Positions 10,629-23,087 of a stretch of 64,000 nt of DNA are shown in pieces; within the stretch, counting starts at the first letter, position 1, and each line of letters starts with the position of its first letter. The notes under the pieces are model-generated. The model had not been told where the DNA came from. It saw nothing but the letters and a program-made list of their open reading frames with translations, and did no database searches. The position numbers were made by a program, and so were the translations under genes. The stretch covers positions 186,186,001-186,250,000 of the forward strand of contig OX597814.1 of NCBI GenBank assembly GCA_951406725.2, in the 5' to 3' direction. The stretch is from Octopus vulgaris. Its lineage: Eukaryota.

Positions 10629-12827
10629 GCCTGCCTGCCTAGCCAGTGGGGTGGCATCATTTGAAAGCTACAACTGCACGAGGAAGTGCATTGTAACCAG
10701 TGGCATATAGCATATGATAGTCTGGTTGATACAATGATATGTATTGTATAATAGGTTTGTGCATACTTATACATAAATACAGATATAGATATATGATAAA
10801 TATACTATATATAACATTTTATTTATATAATTATAGATAGATATGAATGATATGCATATAAATTTTTATACATACATGCATGTATATATATGTGATAAAT
10901 ATATCTTGTCACCATCATCATTTAACATCTGTTTTCCATATGTATATAATACATAGATCATATATTGATAGATATAATACAAAGATAGATACACAAAACA
11001 CACCCAGATTTATATATATATGTGTGCAGAGAGAGAGCGATAACACACATGCAACTATATGTGGGTGTGCATGCTTGTGCATACATACACATTTCCCTAT
11101 CTACCTAGTGTGCCACTTTCTTCAATCTATAGCATCTCTACTCCCTTGCCTCTGCCATACTTTATCTACTGCCGAGGTCAGTCAATATGGCAAGCAGAGT
11201 AGCTATTGGAGCTCTGGCTTGCAGTTGACTTATATTAAAAAAAAAGTATAGCACTAATCGCATACACAAACAATACGCTTAGAATTATATCTTCATTTCT
11301 TATAGATCATATTTTACCCTAATTCCACATATTCTTAAGCAGCTTTCTTTATAATGCATATACTCTATTCTTTTTTTTTTTATTTTATTTTTCTCTCACC
11401 TCTTTCTTGATAATTCTTCTTAAATCAAGACCCATAAACCTGAGCGATATAGTATGAGTACAAATATCAACATATTACTAATTGGTTCACTGAGACATGT
11501 TCTCGCACATTTTGCTGACAGGTAGATTCTGCAAGATGCCATCATTGATAGTGGCAGTGCTGCTGTCTATCTGTCATTGACTGACTTCCTTGTAAAATCT
11601 GCACATTAGCTTCCTATCATCAATGCAGTTGCAGGAATAAATATCTATGTAAGTAAGAATAAATCTATTCCTTCCTTGCTTCCTTCGAATTCAATTTGAA
11701 CGGTTTTTAACCTGACTCAAATAAAAGAGAGTGAAAAATAGAAGGAAATGATTGCAGTGCAGTTATCAAACAGCTGCTATGAAGAGGAGGTCAGTACACA
11801 GACATGCATACACACACACATCAAATACACATACAATAAGACAATGAAGACAAGTGACTGGCTGATTTTTATGTGTAAAATTTTATAGTATCTATTGCTA
11901 TTGTGAGCCATTCAGTAAGCTGCTGTATAAACTGATCCAGCCATTGAATACATTCCAAACCTGGAAATTGCTCTTGCACCAAGAGAGACCCTTCAATAAA
12001 AGACAATTATTTTCACTTGCTATTCTGAATTTTATTTATTTATTTATTTATTTATTCATTCATTCATTCATTTATTTGTGTATTTTTCTTGGCATTGTCT
12101 ATTTGATACTCAGCAAGAAGATGCTGCTGATAATAGCCTAAGATTGCAATTTTGTTTTAACTACATAGTAATCTCATAATTTCTATATTTAGCACCTGAA
12201 GTAAAATTACAAAAATCTGGGTCATTTATAGATTCCAACTTGAAGATGTTTCTTTTATTTCTTTCCTCTTCTTCCTTCTTTTTTTGTTTTTTTTTTCTGT
12301 CTTAATATTATTTCCCACACATATATACATCTCCACATTCAGATTTTCCATAGAAAAGTTTGTTGTGCATTAAAGTGAAATAATAGATAATGACACTGTA
12401 TTTTGTTGATAAAATAATGCAGAGAATTGTTCTCAATATATCACATATACTTAGATTATTCAAGCACTCTACAAAATATTTCTTCAAGACATTAATGTAA
12501 TATTTTTCATTTATTCAGTGTGGGGACAGGGGTAGAGTAATTAATTTGAGAATGGCAAAATTTTAAATTGTATGTTCCCCAGAATTATCAGTTTCTCCAC
12601 TGATTATTGTGAAGGCCGTTTGAGGTTTTGTCCCAAGAGTATATTGGGTACTCTTTACTATGTGTACTCCAGTTTTAGAATTGGTACAAATATTTCTACA
12701 TATTGTAAAAGATGACTAAAAGGATTGGTGACAGGAAGGGCATCCAGGTGTTAAATAGCACTTCTTTCAGAGGTATAGGCAAGTCTTTCATAGTAAGAGA
12801 CAAGGAAAAGACCATCTGTTCTATATA

Positions 12828-13136
12828 CAGGTGCCAGCATGGCTGTGTGGTAAGGAGTTTGTTCCTAACCACATGGTTACAGGTTCAATCCCATTCTGTG
12901 GTACCTTGGGCAAGTGTCTTCTACTATAGCCTTGGGCCAACCAAAGCCTTGTGAGTGGATTTGGTAGATGGAAACTGAAAAAACTCATCATATATATATA
13001 TAGTTTGATTTGAAAACCCCACTAGAATGGGAGAAAGCACTAATGATCTAAGTGATATGATATATATATAAAAAATGTAATATACAAATAAATATCTGTA
13101 AATATAAACCATCCGATTTTCTGAGTACCTCATTAC

Positions 13137-13194
<58 letters not shown>

Positions 13195-13695
13195 AAAATA
13201 TATATATGATGCCACCTGTCTACACCACCTGTCTTCGTCTTTTGTCTTTTTTTGTGAATTTTCCCTATATACTGTTGTGTCTGGGGAGAGTCATTCTCTT
13301 TTTGTGCCTTATGATTTAACACACTCACTGGTAAAATTTCCACTTATTCCTTATTTTTATTTTCCTAAAATTTTCGTTGTGCCTTGCAACCTTTTCAATA
13401 GTCTTGACTCTCCCTATATATATGTGTGTGTGTGCATGTGTGTGTGTGTATACATCTATGTGTGTGTGTGTATCTATGTGTGTGTATCTTTGGAGCTGTG
13501 TTTGTCCCCCACCGCTGCTTGACAACCAGTGTTGGTGTGTATATGTTCCCATAACTTAGCAGTTATATAAAAGAAGGTGATCGAATAAGTGCCAGGCTTT
13601 AAAAAAATAAGTACTAGGGTTAACTCATTCAACTAAAATTCTTCAAGGTGATGCCCCAGCATGGCCACAATTTAATGACTGAAACAAGTAAAAAG
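12828..13695 (+). mobile_element. SINE family A interrupted within its internal (TA)n by other fragments (13003-13414)
   Basis: Head and core at 12828-12990; body and tail resume at ~13420 and end GACTGAAACAAGTAAAAAGA. Confidence 0.75.
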
Positions 13696-13765
13696 ATATA
13701 TATATATATGTATATATATCAGGCATGTGCCGACAGTAATTACTCAGGGCAGGCAGTTACAGTAT

Positions 13766-14172
13766 TACTCTTTTACTTGTTTCAGTCATTTGACTGCAGC
13801 CATGCTGGAGCACCGCCTTTAGTCAAACAAATCAACCCCATGACTTATTCTTTGTAAGCCTAGGACTTATTCTATCAGTCTCTTTTTGCCAAACCGCTAA
13901 GTTACAGGGGACGTAAACACACCACCATCGGTTGTCAAGTGATGTTGGGGGGACAAACACAGACACACAAACATATACACACATGCATATATATATATAT
14001 ACATATATACGACGGGCTTCTTTCAGTTTCCGTCTACCAGATCCACTCATAAGTCTTTGGTCAGCCCAAGGCTATAGTAGGAGACACTTGCCCAAGGTGC
14101 CATGCAGTGGGAATGAACCCAGAACCATGTGGTTTGTAAGCAAGCTACTTACCACACAGCCATGCCTGCGCC
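13766..14172 (-). mobile_element. SINE family A, full length
   Basis: Reverse complement of GGCGCAGGCATGGCTGTGTGGTAAGTAGCTT...GACTGAAACAAGTAAAAGAGTA. Confidence 0.9.
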
Positions 14173-14449
14173 TAAAGTTGGTGACCTTTATGTAGTAAAA
14201 CACAAAAAATAAGCAAAACACAGGCAGGCAACTCTGTTGAAGGCATATTTATTTCTGCCTTTATAGCACTAAAGAAAACGGTGTTGTAAGAGTGTACGCA
14301 TATATGTATTCTAAGTGTCTTCAATACAGAGAATCTCTGGATCTCATGTGTGGAGTATGTACATATATATGTGTGTGTGTATGTGTGTATGTATGTAAGC
14401 ATGAATGTATGTGTGCATGTATGTATGTGTATATACATGTGTGTGTGTG

Positions 14450-14606
14450 TCTGTGTGATAAGTTTCCTTCCCAACCATATGGCTGCAGATGATTCGGTCA
14501 CACTGTGTGACACTTTGGGCAAATGTCTTCTACAATAGCCCTAGGCCAACCAAGGCCTTGTGAGTGAATTCAAAAGGCAATAATTGAAAGAAACCCTTCG
14601 TGCATG

Positions 14607-14664
<58 letters not shown>

Positions 14665-14840
14665 TGTTTTTTTTTGACAACTAGTGTTTGTTAACTTATG
14701 TTCTTATAACTTAGTGGTTGAGCAAAAGAAACCCAATAGAATAAGCACCAGGCTTAAAAAGATAAGTTCTGGAGTTACCTCATTCAACTAAAATTCTTCA
14801 AGGTAGTACCCCAGCATGGGGTACTGAAACAAGTAAAAGA
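14450..14840 (+). mobile_element. SINE family A, diverged
   Basis: Core TTGGGCAAATGTCTTCTACAATAGCC, (GT)n, tail ACTGAAACAAGTAAAAGA. Confidence 0.8.
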
Positions 14841-14857
14841 TTATTTATATATATATA

Positions 14858-15292
14858 GGCGCAGGAGTGGCTGTGTGGTAAGTAGCTTGCTTACCAACCA
14901 CATGTTTCCGGGTTCAGTCTCCCTGCATGACACCTTGCTTGGGCAAATATGGCACCTTGGGCAAGTGTCTTCTACAATAGCCTCAGGCTCACCAAAGCCT
15001 TGTGAGTGGATTTGGTAGATGGAAAACTGAAAAAAGCCTGTTGTATAAGTCTGTGTGTGTGTGTACGTGTGTGCATGAGAGTGTATGTATTTGTGTATTT
15101 GTCTCCCCAACATCGCTTGACAATGAGTTCTGGTGTGTTTACATCCCTGTAACTTAGTGATTCGGCAAAAGAGACCGATAGAATAAGTATTAGGCTTACA
15201 AAAGATTAAGTCCTGTGATTGATTTGTTCAACCAAAGCCGGTGCTCCAGCATGGTCACAGTCAAATAAGTGAAACAAGTAAAAAGAATTGAA
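14858..15292 (+). mobile_element. SINE family A, full length, with small internal duplication
   Basis: GGCGCAGGAGTGGCTGTGTGGTAAG head; CACCTTG..GGGCAA segment repeated at ~14930-14965; standard tail. Confidence 0.9.
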
Positions 15293-16329
15293 GAATGTAT
15301 GTATGATACTAACATATAATATTCTTTTCTACTCTAGGCACATGAGCCAAAATTTTTGGGGAGGGGGGGCAGTCGATTACATTGACCCCCAGTACATAAC
15401 TGGTACTTAATTTATCAACCCCAAAAGAATGAAAGGCAGAGTTCTGTTATTATACTGCCTAGGTTGCTGCTGATTTTCTTACTACTATTGCTGCTGCTAC
15501 TACTACTGCTGCTGCTGCTTCTACTGGAAATACCAATATCAATCATTCATAAAACCTTTTTCTTTTTGTTATCTTTCTAATAAGCCATGATCAAGTTTCA
15601 ATTCCTGGTTGAAGGCAATTTATATTACATACATTGCTAATACCTTTGAGAAAACTAAATCTATCCCAAATGCCCATTTTCCCTATCTTACAAATCTCAT
15701 TTTTCTTTCCTTCATTCATATTAATACAAATTCATTTCCTTATAGACATAAACCACAGCATGCAACTTAGCCTAAGGTTATCTGCTAGAATATTTTAAGT
15801 TTATTCATTCCATTAACTCAATCAAATGAGCTGAACATTGATAATGATATGTAAAGCATTTATTTGCTCTCATGTGAATTTGTGATAATTAAGAAGAAAA
15901 AAATTATTTCCGATGAAATTGTAAATAAATTTATGCCTGAAATACTGTGCTGCACAGGCATGATTGAGTTAAGAAGTTTATTTTACAACTTAGTGGCTCA
16001 GCATTTGATCCTATTATAAGGTACCTTGAGCATGTGTCTTGTAGACAACTGAGGAACCTTGTAGTAGAATCAAACCTGCTTGATTCTATCAGCCATGTGT
16101 TTGTGTGTGTGTGTGTACAAGCAATCAATATACCTTATGAAACTTTTGAGCAAGTGGCCCTGAAATGGAAAGCCCGAAGATCTGTGCGCCAAGATGACTT
16201 TGACCAGGGACTTTGAATCTGGTTGTATTCATTGGCAATGATCACCTACATTTGAAATCAACTTTGAAGTCTTAGAAGGCCATCCAAAAAATCTCATTCA
16301 CTTTTGTGGAAAATTCGATCTTCCTGCCA

Positions 16330-16560
16330 GTGGCTACACCAGGCTCCAATCTTGATCTGGCATAGTTTCTACAGCTGGATGCCCTTCCTAACACCAACCA
16401 CTCCAAGAGTGTAGTGGGTGCTTTTTACATGCCACCAGCACAGGAGCCAGTCAAGCAGGTCTAGCATCGATCATGTTTGGATAGTGCTTTTTACATTCCA
16501 CTGGCACAGGGACCAGTCGGGGGTGGGGGTTCTGGCATCAGCCATAATTCAATCTAGACG
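16330..16560 (-). mobile_element. RTE-tail-type repeat (family C) fragment
   Basis: CAGCTGGATGCCCTTCCTAAC motif shared with 31768, 35238 and 60398. Confidence 0.7.
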
Positions 16561-16600
16561 TTTTACATGCATTGAAGGGAACTGTGAGAGCCCTACAATA

Positions 16601-17480
16601 CAGTAAACCTCTGATCTTAATGTGGCTGAAATTTCCATGAACACTGCACAAGCAGGGATATGTAATTGAAAATTTAAAGTACTGTGTACAAAGAATAAAA
16701 TTCTCCCTTACAGTATGTCATAATGGTTGAATTGGTTTAAAGTAATTATTTGTCAAGATTTTGTAAACTAAACTTATAATGCCAAAATGTAACTGATGCA
16801 ATAAATTCTAATAAATTCTGTTTTTGCAGACAAGTGGGATAATCTTGCAATACATAACACTGCCAAACTGTAGTTTTATTCTAGTTCTTCCTGAAAATGC
16901 ACCTTTGCATGGAACTGGATACCTATCTTCTGTCCTTGCAGTCTGTTATCTTCTAGACTGGATCCAAGATGGTTACCCTGGTTACACGACAATAGTCCTG
17001 CAGAAACTTTTTTTTACTCTTTTGAATTCTATTGGCTTATGGGAACATAAAAATACATAAATCATGGTAGCCCAGTTTTATTATAATTTTTCGGTTTTTG
17101 TTTCCTTTTGTGAATCTTTGAGTAAGGGTTTATCTATGGAAAAACTGCAAAAGTTAGCACAGTGCTGCATCCAAAATGAATCTGAAAACCCTACTAAAGA
17201 GTCAGTAATACAAGAAATGATTCTTACTACCGAAATCTTTAGTAACAGCCACACCAGGAATATGGAAATCATAGATCTGTTTGCTAAGAAAGGTCCAGAT
17301 TGGAAGTGCAGCAACAAAGTAAAGGGATATTCTTGACATGATACACTGCTACGGTGAATTGTTCCATGAGAAAAAGAAAAGCAAGAGAAAATACAGACAG
17401 CATTAGATATATTCTTCAAGAAAAAAACCAATGAGCACAAAAGAACTACATTCTGCACCTTCATATCAGATAAAGCCACT
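16601..17480 (+). pseudogene. pogo/Tigger transposase remnant
   Basis: TA|CAGTAAACCTC terminus; FILVLPENAPLH (cf. LLILDNAPGH); C-terminal KVK..ILDMIHCYGELFHEKK / QTALDIFFKK (cf. Tigger C-terminus). Many stops and frameshifts. Confidence 0.6.
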
Positions 17481-17602
17481 TTTGTCTTATTTCTCACTAC
17501 CATGTTTCATCTAAATTCACAGTGCATAGACCTAAATACTTACGAATAAAGTTAATTAATTCAATCTCTTTTATAATTGTCTAATAATATTAGGCCTTAA
17601 TA

Positions 17603-17812
17603 AGGCAGCTGGCTGGCAGAATCATGACTGTGCCAGGCAAAATGGTAAGTGGCATTTCATTTGTCTTTACTTTCTGAGTTAAAATTCTGCTGAGGTCGAC
17701 TTTGCCTTTCATCCTTTTAAGGCCCATAAAATAAGCATCAGTTGAACACCGAGGCCATTGTAATCAACATTCGCCAAACTAGCTGGCCTTGTGCCAAAAT
17801 CTGAAAGCAATA
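17603..17812 (+). mobile_element. SINE family B' (Nin/Deu-like core, TTA-type tail), diverged
   Basis: GGCAGCTGGCTGGCAGAATC head; GAGGTCGACTTTGCCTTTCATCC core. Confidence 0.7.
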
Positions 17813-17850
17813 TTAAATTTTAATTGAATGTTGGTTCTAATTTTATCGTA

Positions 17851-18019
17851 GGTGCAGGAGTGGCTGTGTGGTAAGTAGCTTGCTTACCAACCACATGTTT
17901 CCGGGTTCAGTCCCACTGTGTGGCACCTTGGGCAAGTGTCTACTACTATAGCCTTGGGCCAACCAAAACCTTGTGAGTGGATTTGGTAGACGGAAACTGA
18001 AAGAAGCCCGTCGTATATA

Positions 18020-18052
<33 letters not shown>

Positions 18053-18270
18053 CTGTGTTTGTGCCCCACCCACCACCACCACCAACATTGCTTGACATCC
18101 AATGCTGGTGTGTTTACGTCCCCGTAACTTAGCGGTTCGGCAAAAGAGACTGATAGAATAAGTACTAGGCTTACAAAGAATAAGTCCTGGGGTCGATTTC
18201 ATTGACTAAAGGCGGTGCTCCAGCATGGCCGCAGTCAAATGACTGAAACAAGTAAAAGAGTAAAAGAGTA
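17851..18270 (+). mobile_element. SINE family A, full length, near consensus
   Basis: tRNA head (TGGCTGTGTGG; GGTTCAGTCCC), core GGCACCTTGGGCAAGTGTC, (GT)n, tail (GTAAAAGA)n. Confidence 0.92.
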
Positions 18271-18694
18271 GATTTAAACCATAATGTGTAACATTACATT
18301 GTGTAATGTTATCTAAAGATATTGAATGCTTGGGGTTTGTCTACAAGTCTGAATTTTTTAGCAGTTTGGCAATGTATCTCCCATTCATTTGTGTTTGTAT
18401 CATTGTTAAAAATATCCTAACAAGCTCATAACTCTACTGATGCTATGTTATAATATATAATGATTCCATTTGGTGCAATTTTCTTTATTACAACACTTTT
18501 AGCAACAAAGTATTAATTTATATGTATGCTTATATATATATATGCATATCTAACATGTGCACTTCATGTTTGAAGCTCCAGTGAAGCTATAAGGCAATCC
18601 CAGGCACTCAACTATGAGTCCATTACATTTTACAGCAGAAACAGTCATAAGCCAATACAGTTATAATTATTTTCCCTTGTCATCTTAATTTCTT

Positions 18695-18724
18695 ACACAC
18701 ACATGCACACACACACACATATAT

Positions 18725-18771
<47 letters not shown>

Positions 18772-18807
18772 CATATATATGTGTGTGTAGAGAGAGACAC
18801 ACAGACA

Positions 18808-18855
<48 letters not shown>

Positions 18856-19025
18856 TGTGTGGTGTGTCTGCACATATATATTTATAGATATAGACTGATA
18901 GATATGTGTCTGCTTACATGTATATATACATATATTTATATACATACATTCATGCATACATACATACATACATACATACATACATACATACACACACACA
19001 TACACGTGTGTATGTATGTGTGTAT
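18695..19025. repeat. Compound (CA)n/(TA)n/(CATA)n microsatellite
   Basis: Direct reading. Confidence 0.95.
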
Positions 19026-19879
19026 TTATGCTTTTATATCTAAAAAAAACTAGCCTAAATCATTGGATGCAAATGAAGTTCACAGATGTTACATAAGAGT
19101 TTTCTTCCTCCTTGAGAGATGTCTAAACAAAGACGAGATGTCTCTCACTCTCATCTGTTGGATGGCTTAGACTCTGCTGAGTTCATCCACCCTTTCATAG
19201 ATTTTGTGAAAACCATCCACCTTACCAGAGCAAGCTTGGTAAGGTTGCCAATTTAGTTCCCAACAATCCAATGTTGCAACAGATCATACTGGGTTACACA
19301 GTACCAGTAGCACTAAAAGTGACCTAACATAGAATGTATGCATAACATACATGAATTATTCACTATTTTCGCATACATTAATGCTAATGTAAAAACTCTT
19401 AGTTATAAATTGTATACACACACACACATATGCACATTTATGCAGATATATATATACAAAGTCATAAAGTTATTGATGACAGAGAAGTAGTTTGATGAAA
19501 ATATATCTAATGATGAGAATATTCAAATATCATGACAAATTGTTTCATAGCTTAATAACATGTAAATGATTTATATTATTATATTTAATAATAAATAAAT
19601 TACTTACATGTCTGCATTAATGCAAAATGCAAATAATCTTACACTCGTTATCGCTTTCTCTTATATCATTCAATATATTTTTTATGTTTTGTAGAATGAT
19701 ACATTAAGAAGATTTTTTTTATGAGTACTACCAGAGTACTTGAATCCAAATACTGTGACTCCATCCACCCGTTCATACATCCATACAGGCATGGCTGTGT
19801 GGTAAAAAGCTTGCCTCCAAACCACATGGTTCCAGGTTCAGTCCCGCTGCATGACATCTTGGGCAAGTGTCTTCTACTT

Positions 19880-20035
19880 CTGAAAGATATAAGTCAGGCA
19901 GTAGTGACCAATGGAGCCACCTCAAAGAAAACACAAATAGTGAGCAGTGTTCCACAGGGCACTGTCTTGGGACCACTACTTTTCATAGTGGCCCTCTCAG
20001 ATATGCCCTCAACTACCCAGATAGCCACCCTTGCT
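19880..20035 (+). pseudogene. CR1/Jockey-like LINE reverse-transcriptase fragment
   Basis: SQAVVTNGATSKKTQIVSSVPQGTVLGPLLFIVALSDMP, the PQG-x-LGPLLF motif of non-LTR RTs. Confidence 0.8.
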
Positions 20036-20689
20036 ATGAAGAAAGGTTCATACACACGTCTATATACGCCCATGCACAAGGAAAAACAGGACTACAGGCA
20101 AAATACAGAATAATGTGTAAAGAAAGTGTAAAAAATAAGTAATAAGAGTAAAACACGTCTATATATGCACATTCTCGTATGCACACACACAAACACATCT
20201 ATATACATGCATACCCGCACATGTCTATAAACGCACACACACACACACGCGAGCATGTATGCAGGTATGTATATAGTTTTTGGCAAATGTGTGGGTGAGC
20301 ATGTGTGTGTTTCAAGTGAAGGTGGATGAGTATATTCTTATAGGCGCATGTACGTGGGTGTGCGGGCGTGCATGTGTATGTATGGATATGCACACTTACA
20401 CGAATACTATGAACATTTTTACTCTCTTACCTATACTCCCTCCCCTCACTTAGTGGTCTTCCTAATAGCTCTTTTGTCTAAATAACAGTAATTTTTCTTT
20501 TTTTTAACGGTCATTTTCATACCATTTTTTTCAATGGTCCAATAACTGAAGAGATGGTGGCATGGGTTTCTGCCCTGACATCTGAAACTCAGAGTTTTAT
20601 TTGTCACATATTATATTTACAGATAAATTCCTCTATTTACATAATATCAAGGTCTCTTTCATTCTTTTGTTGTCTTACCATTTCTATCA

Positions 20690-20690
<1 letters not shown>
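20030..20690 (+). mobile_element. Putative Penelope-like element 3' remnant
   Basis: CYEERFI resembles the E..FI end of PLE GIY-YIG domains; followed by a UTR-like region with a hammerhead motif at 20541-20601; ends in (TA)n. Confidence 0.5.
20541..20601 (+). ncRNA. Hammerhead ribozyme motif, slightly degenerate
   Basis: Stem I AAUAA/UUAUU, CUGAAGA (20546-20552), stem II GAUG/CAUC plus an extra U, GAAAC (20584-20588), near-palindromic stem III ACUC-A-GAGU, GUU triplet (20594-20596). Confidence 0.6.
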
Positions 20691-20725
<35 letters not shown>

Positions 20726-20729
<4 letters not shown>

Positions 20730-21160
20730 AATATAAGAGAGTGGTCACTATATTGCTCACTCTAGCACCAGTTAATCCAAAAGGTTTCAACCACGAAAAT
20801 ATATGTTTCCCATGAAAGTCAGTACGATTGTTAGCTCACACGGACAGGGCAAATAAAAAATAACAAAATTGTCCCAAAATAATCTGTATTTTTGTTATTT
20901 TTTATTTGCCCTGTCCGTGTGAGCTAACAATCGTACTGACTTTCATGGGAAACATATATTTTCGTGGTTGAAACCTTTTGGATTAACTGGTGCTAGAGTG
21001 AGCAATATAGTGACCACTCTCTTATATTTATTTTGTAAAAATATTATAATATGTTATAAAATATTATAATAATCCAGGTTTCTCGGAGCACTAGGCCACT
21101 TGGTGTTGAATAAATATACTATTAAATTAGTATCTAATTCTCTCACCCTTATTAATTAAT
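20726..21160. mobile_element. Foldback insertion in (TA)n: identical 143-bp inverted arms plus a ~130-bp right extension
   Basis: 20726-20868 is the exact reverse complement of 20890-21032, with a 21-bp spacer; (TA)n on both flanks. Confidence 0.85.
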
Positions 21161-21238
21161 TATATATATATATAATATATATATACACACACATATACAT
21201 ATTTGAATATGTGTGTGTATGTATAATGTATATGTATT

Positions 21239-21285
<47 letters not shown>

Positions 21286-22017
21286 TATATATGTATATAA
21301 TGTATATATATATTTATATATAATGTATTATATACATGATTCTTCGAGACGCATGCATGTATTATTTAAATGCTTTATGATGTATATTTAACATATTACG
21401 ATATGAGAAAAAAGTGCCATTTTATCAAGAAACTTGACTTAATCTGGTAGAAATTTAAACCTTAAATGAAAAAGTCTGAATGAATCCATAAACAGATAAA
21501 TAAATAAGCAAATAAATAAGCAGACAAATAAATAGATTAATAAATAAAGAAATGAATAAATCCCAAGACTCTTGGCAAACTAATCCCTCTGTTCCTTAAA
21601 ATTACTAATACAAAAATTTTAGTTCATGCAGATTCTTACATCTGCCTCCTGTGAGAATGGCTTAAAAAGATACCTAGAAGTGCGATTAAAGAATACATTA
21701 ATATTGCATTGTGTAAGAATGACCAGGCAGATTGTATATGTAGCTATCAGTAGCAGTTCCTGGGAAATATTGTCTGTAGCATTTAATCAATACATGCTGT
21801 AAAAAGAGAAACAATTGAGTAAGGAAACACAAATAAGATTTTCTGTGGTGAGAAAGACTTGCATATATTTTCAGATATTTCTAACTTCCATATATATTAT
21901 ATTTATTTCCATAGATTATGCTGAAAATGCAATGAAGTAATTGCTGTCATGCAAGAAATTTTGATATTCACTTTTCCTAATCTATTTTGTGAAAATCTGT
22001 GTGATATATATATAATA

Positions 22018-22818
22018 GGTGCAAGTGTGACTGTTTTAAGATATTTGCTTCCCAAGCACATATTTTTGGGTTCAGTTCTACCACATGGCACCATGGGCAA
22101 GTGTCTATTACTATAACCCCGGGCCAATGAAAACCTTGTGAGCGGATTTGTTAGACAGAAACTGCAAGAAGGCGAGCTAGCAGAAACGTTAGCACGCTGG
22201 GCGAAATGCTTAGCGGTATTTCATCTGCCGTTATGTTCTGAGTTCAAATTCCGCCGAGGTCGACTTTGCCTTTAATCCTTTCGAGGTCAATTAAATAAGA
22301 ACCAGTTATGCACCGGGGTCGATCTAATCAACTTAATCCATTTGTCTGTCCTTGTTTGACCCCTCTGTATGTAGCCCCTTGTGGGTAGTAAAGAAATAGG
22401 TATTTCATCTGCCGTTATGTTCTGAGTTCAAATTCCGCTGAGGTCGACTTTGCCTTTCATCCTTTCCGGGTCGATAAATTAAGTACCAGTTATGCACTGG
22501 GGTTGATGTAATCGACTTAATTCCTTTGTCTGTCCTTGTTTGTCCCCTCTATGTTTAGCCCCTTGTGGGCAATAAAGAAATAAGAAACTACAAGAAACCA
22601 ATCATGTATACGAGAATGAATGTGAATGTATGTGTGTCTGGTTTGTCTGTCTGTCTATGTCTGTTTGTGTTTGTCCCTTACCCCTGCTTGACAACTGATG
22701 TTAGTTTGCTTGCATCCCGATTACTTAGCAATTTGGTATAAGATACTGATAGAATAAGTACCAGGTTTAAAAACCATTCAAGGTGCTGCCCCAGTTTTGC
22801 TGAAACAAATAAAAGATA
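22018..22818 (+). mobile_element. SINE family A (diverged) hosting a dimeric family B SINE
   Basis: Head and core 22018-22170; body and tail resume after 22583. Confidence 0.75.
22171..22582 (+). mobile_element. Dimeric SINE family B (Nin/Deu-like core)
   Basis: Head GGCGAGCTAGCAGAAACG; core and tail occur twice (ends GGGTAGTAAAGAAATAG then GGGCAATAAAGAAATA); TSD AGAAACT(G/A)CAAGAA. Confidence 0.88.
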
Positions 22819-23087
22819 CATTATGAATATCAAAACATAAGTCTGAAAATGTTTTAGAATAATTCTTTAGAATAATTCTTATAGACTTCCAGTGTAAATC
22901 TGTCTTATTGTTTACTTCTCATTGGACTGGAAATAAAGGTCTTATATTGAACCCTTTGATTTTATTGTTGCTGTTGTTGTCGTTTAACCCAAAGCTGTTC
23001 CTCACTGAGCAGATCTATGACCAAAAAGCATTCTGCCATGAGCGGCTTTTTTTTTTCCATTTTTATTTTTTTTTTGCAAATATGTAT

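Noticed and set aside
10246-10774. Long ORFs rich in I/Y/C/V/H/T (also at 18.7, 23.2, 36.0, 39.2, 40.3, 62.6 and 63.4 kb)
   Set aside because: Translations of TA/CA microsatellites, open in several frames on both strands.
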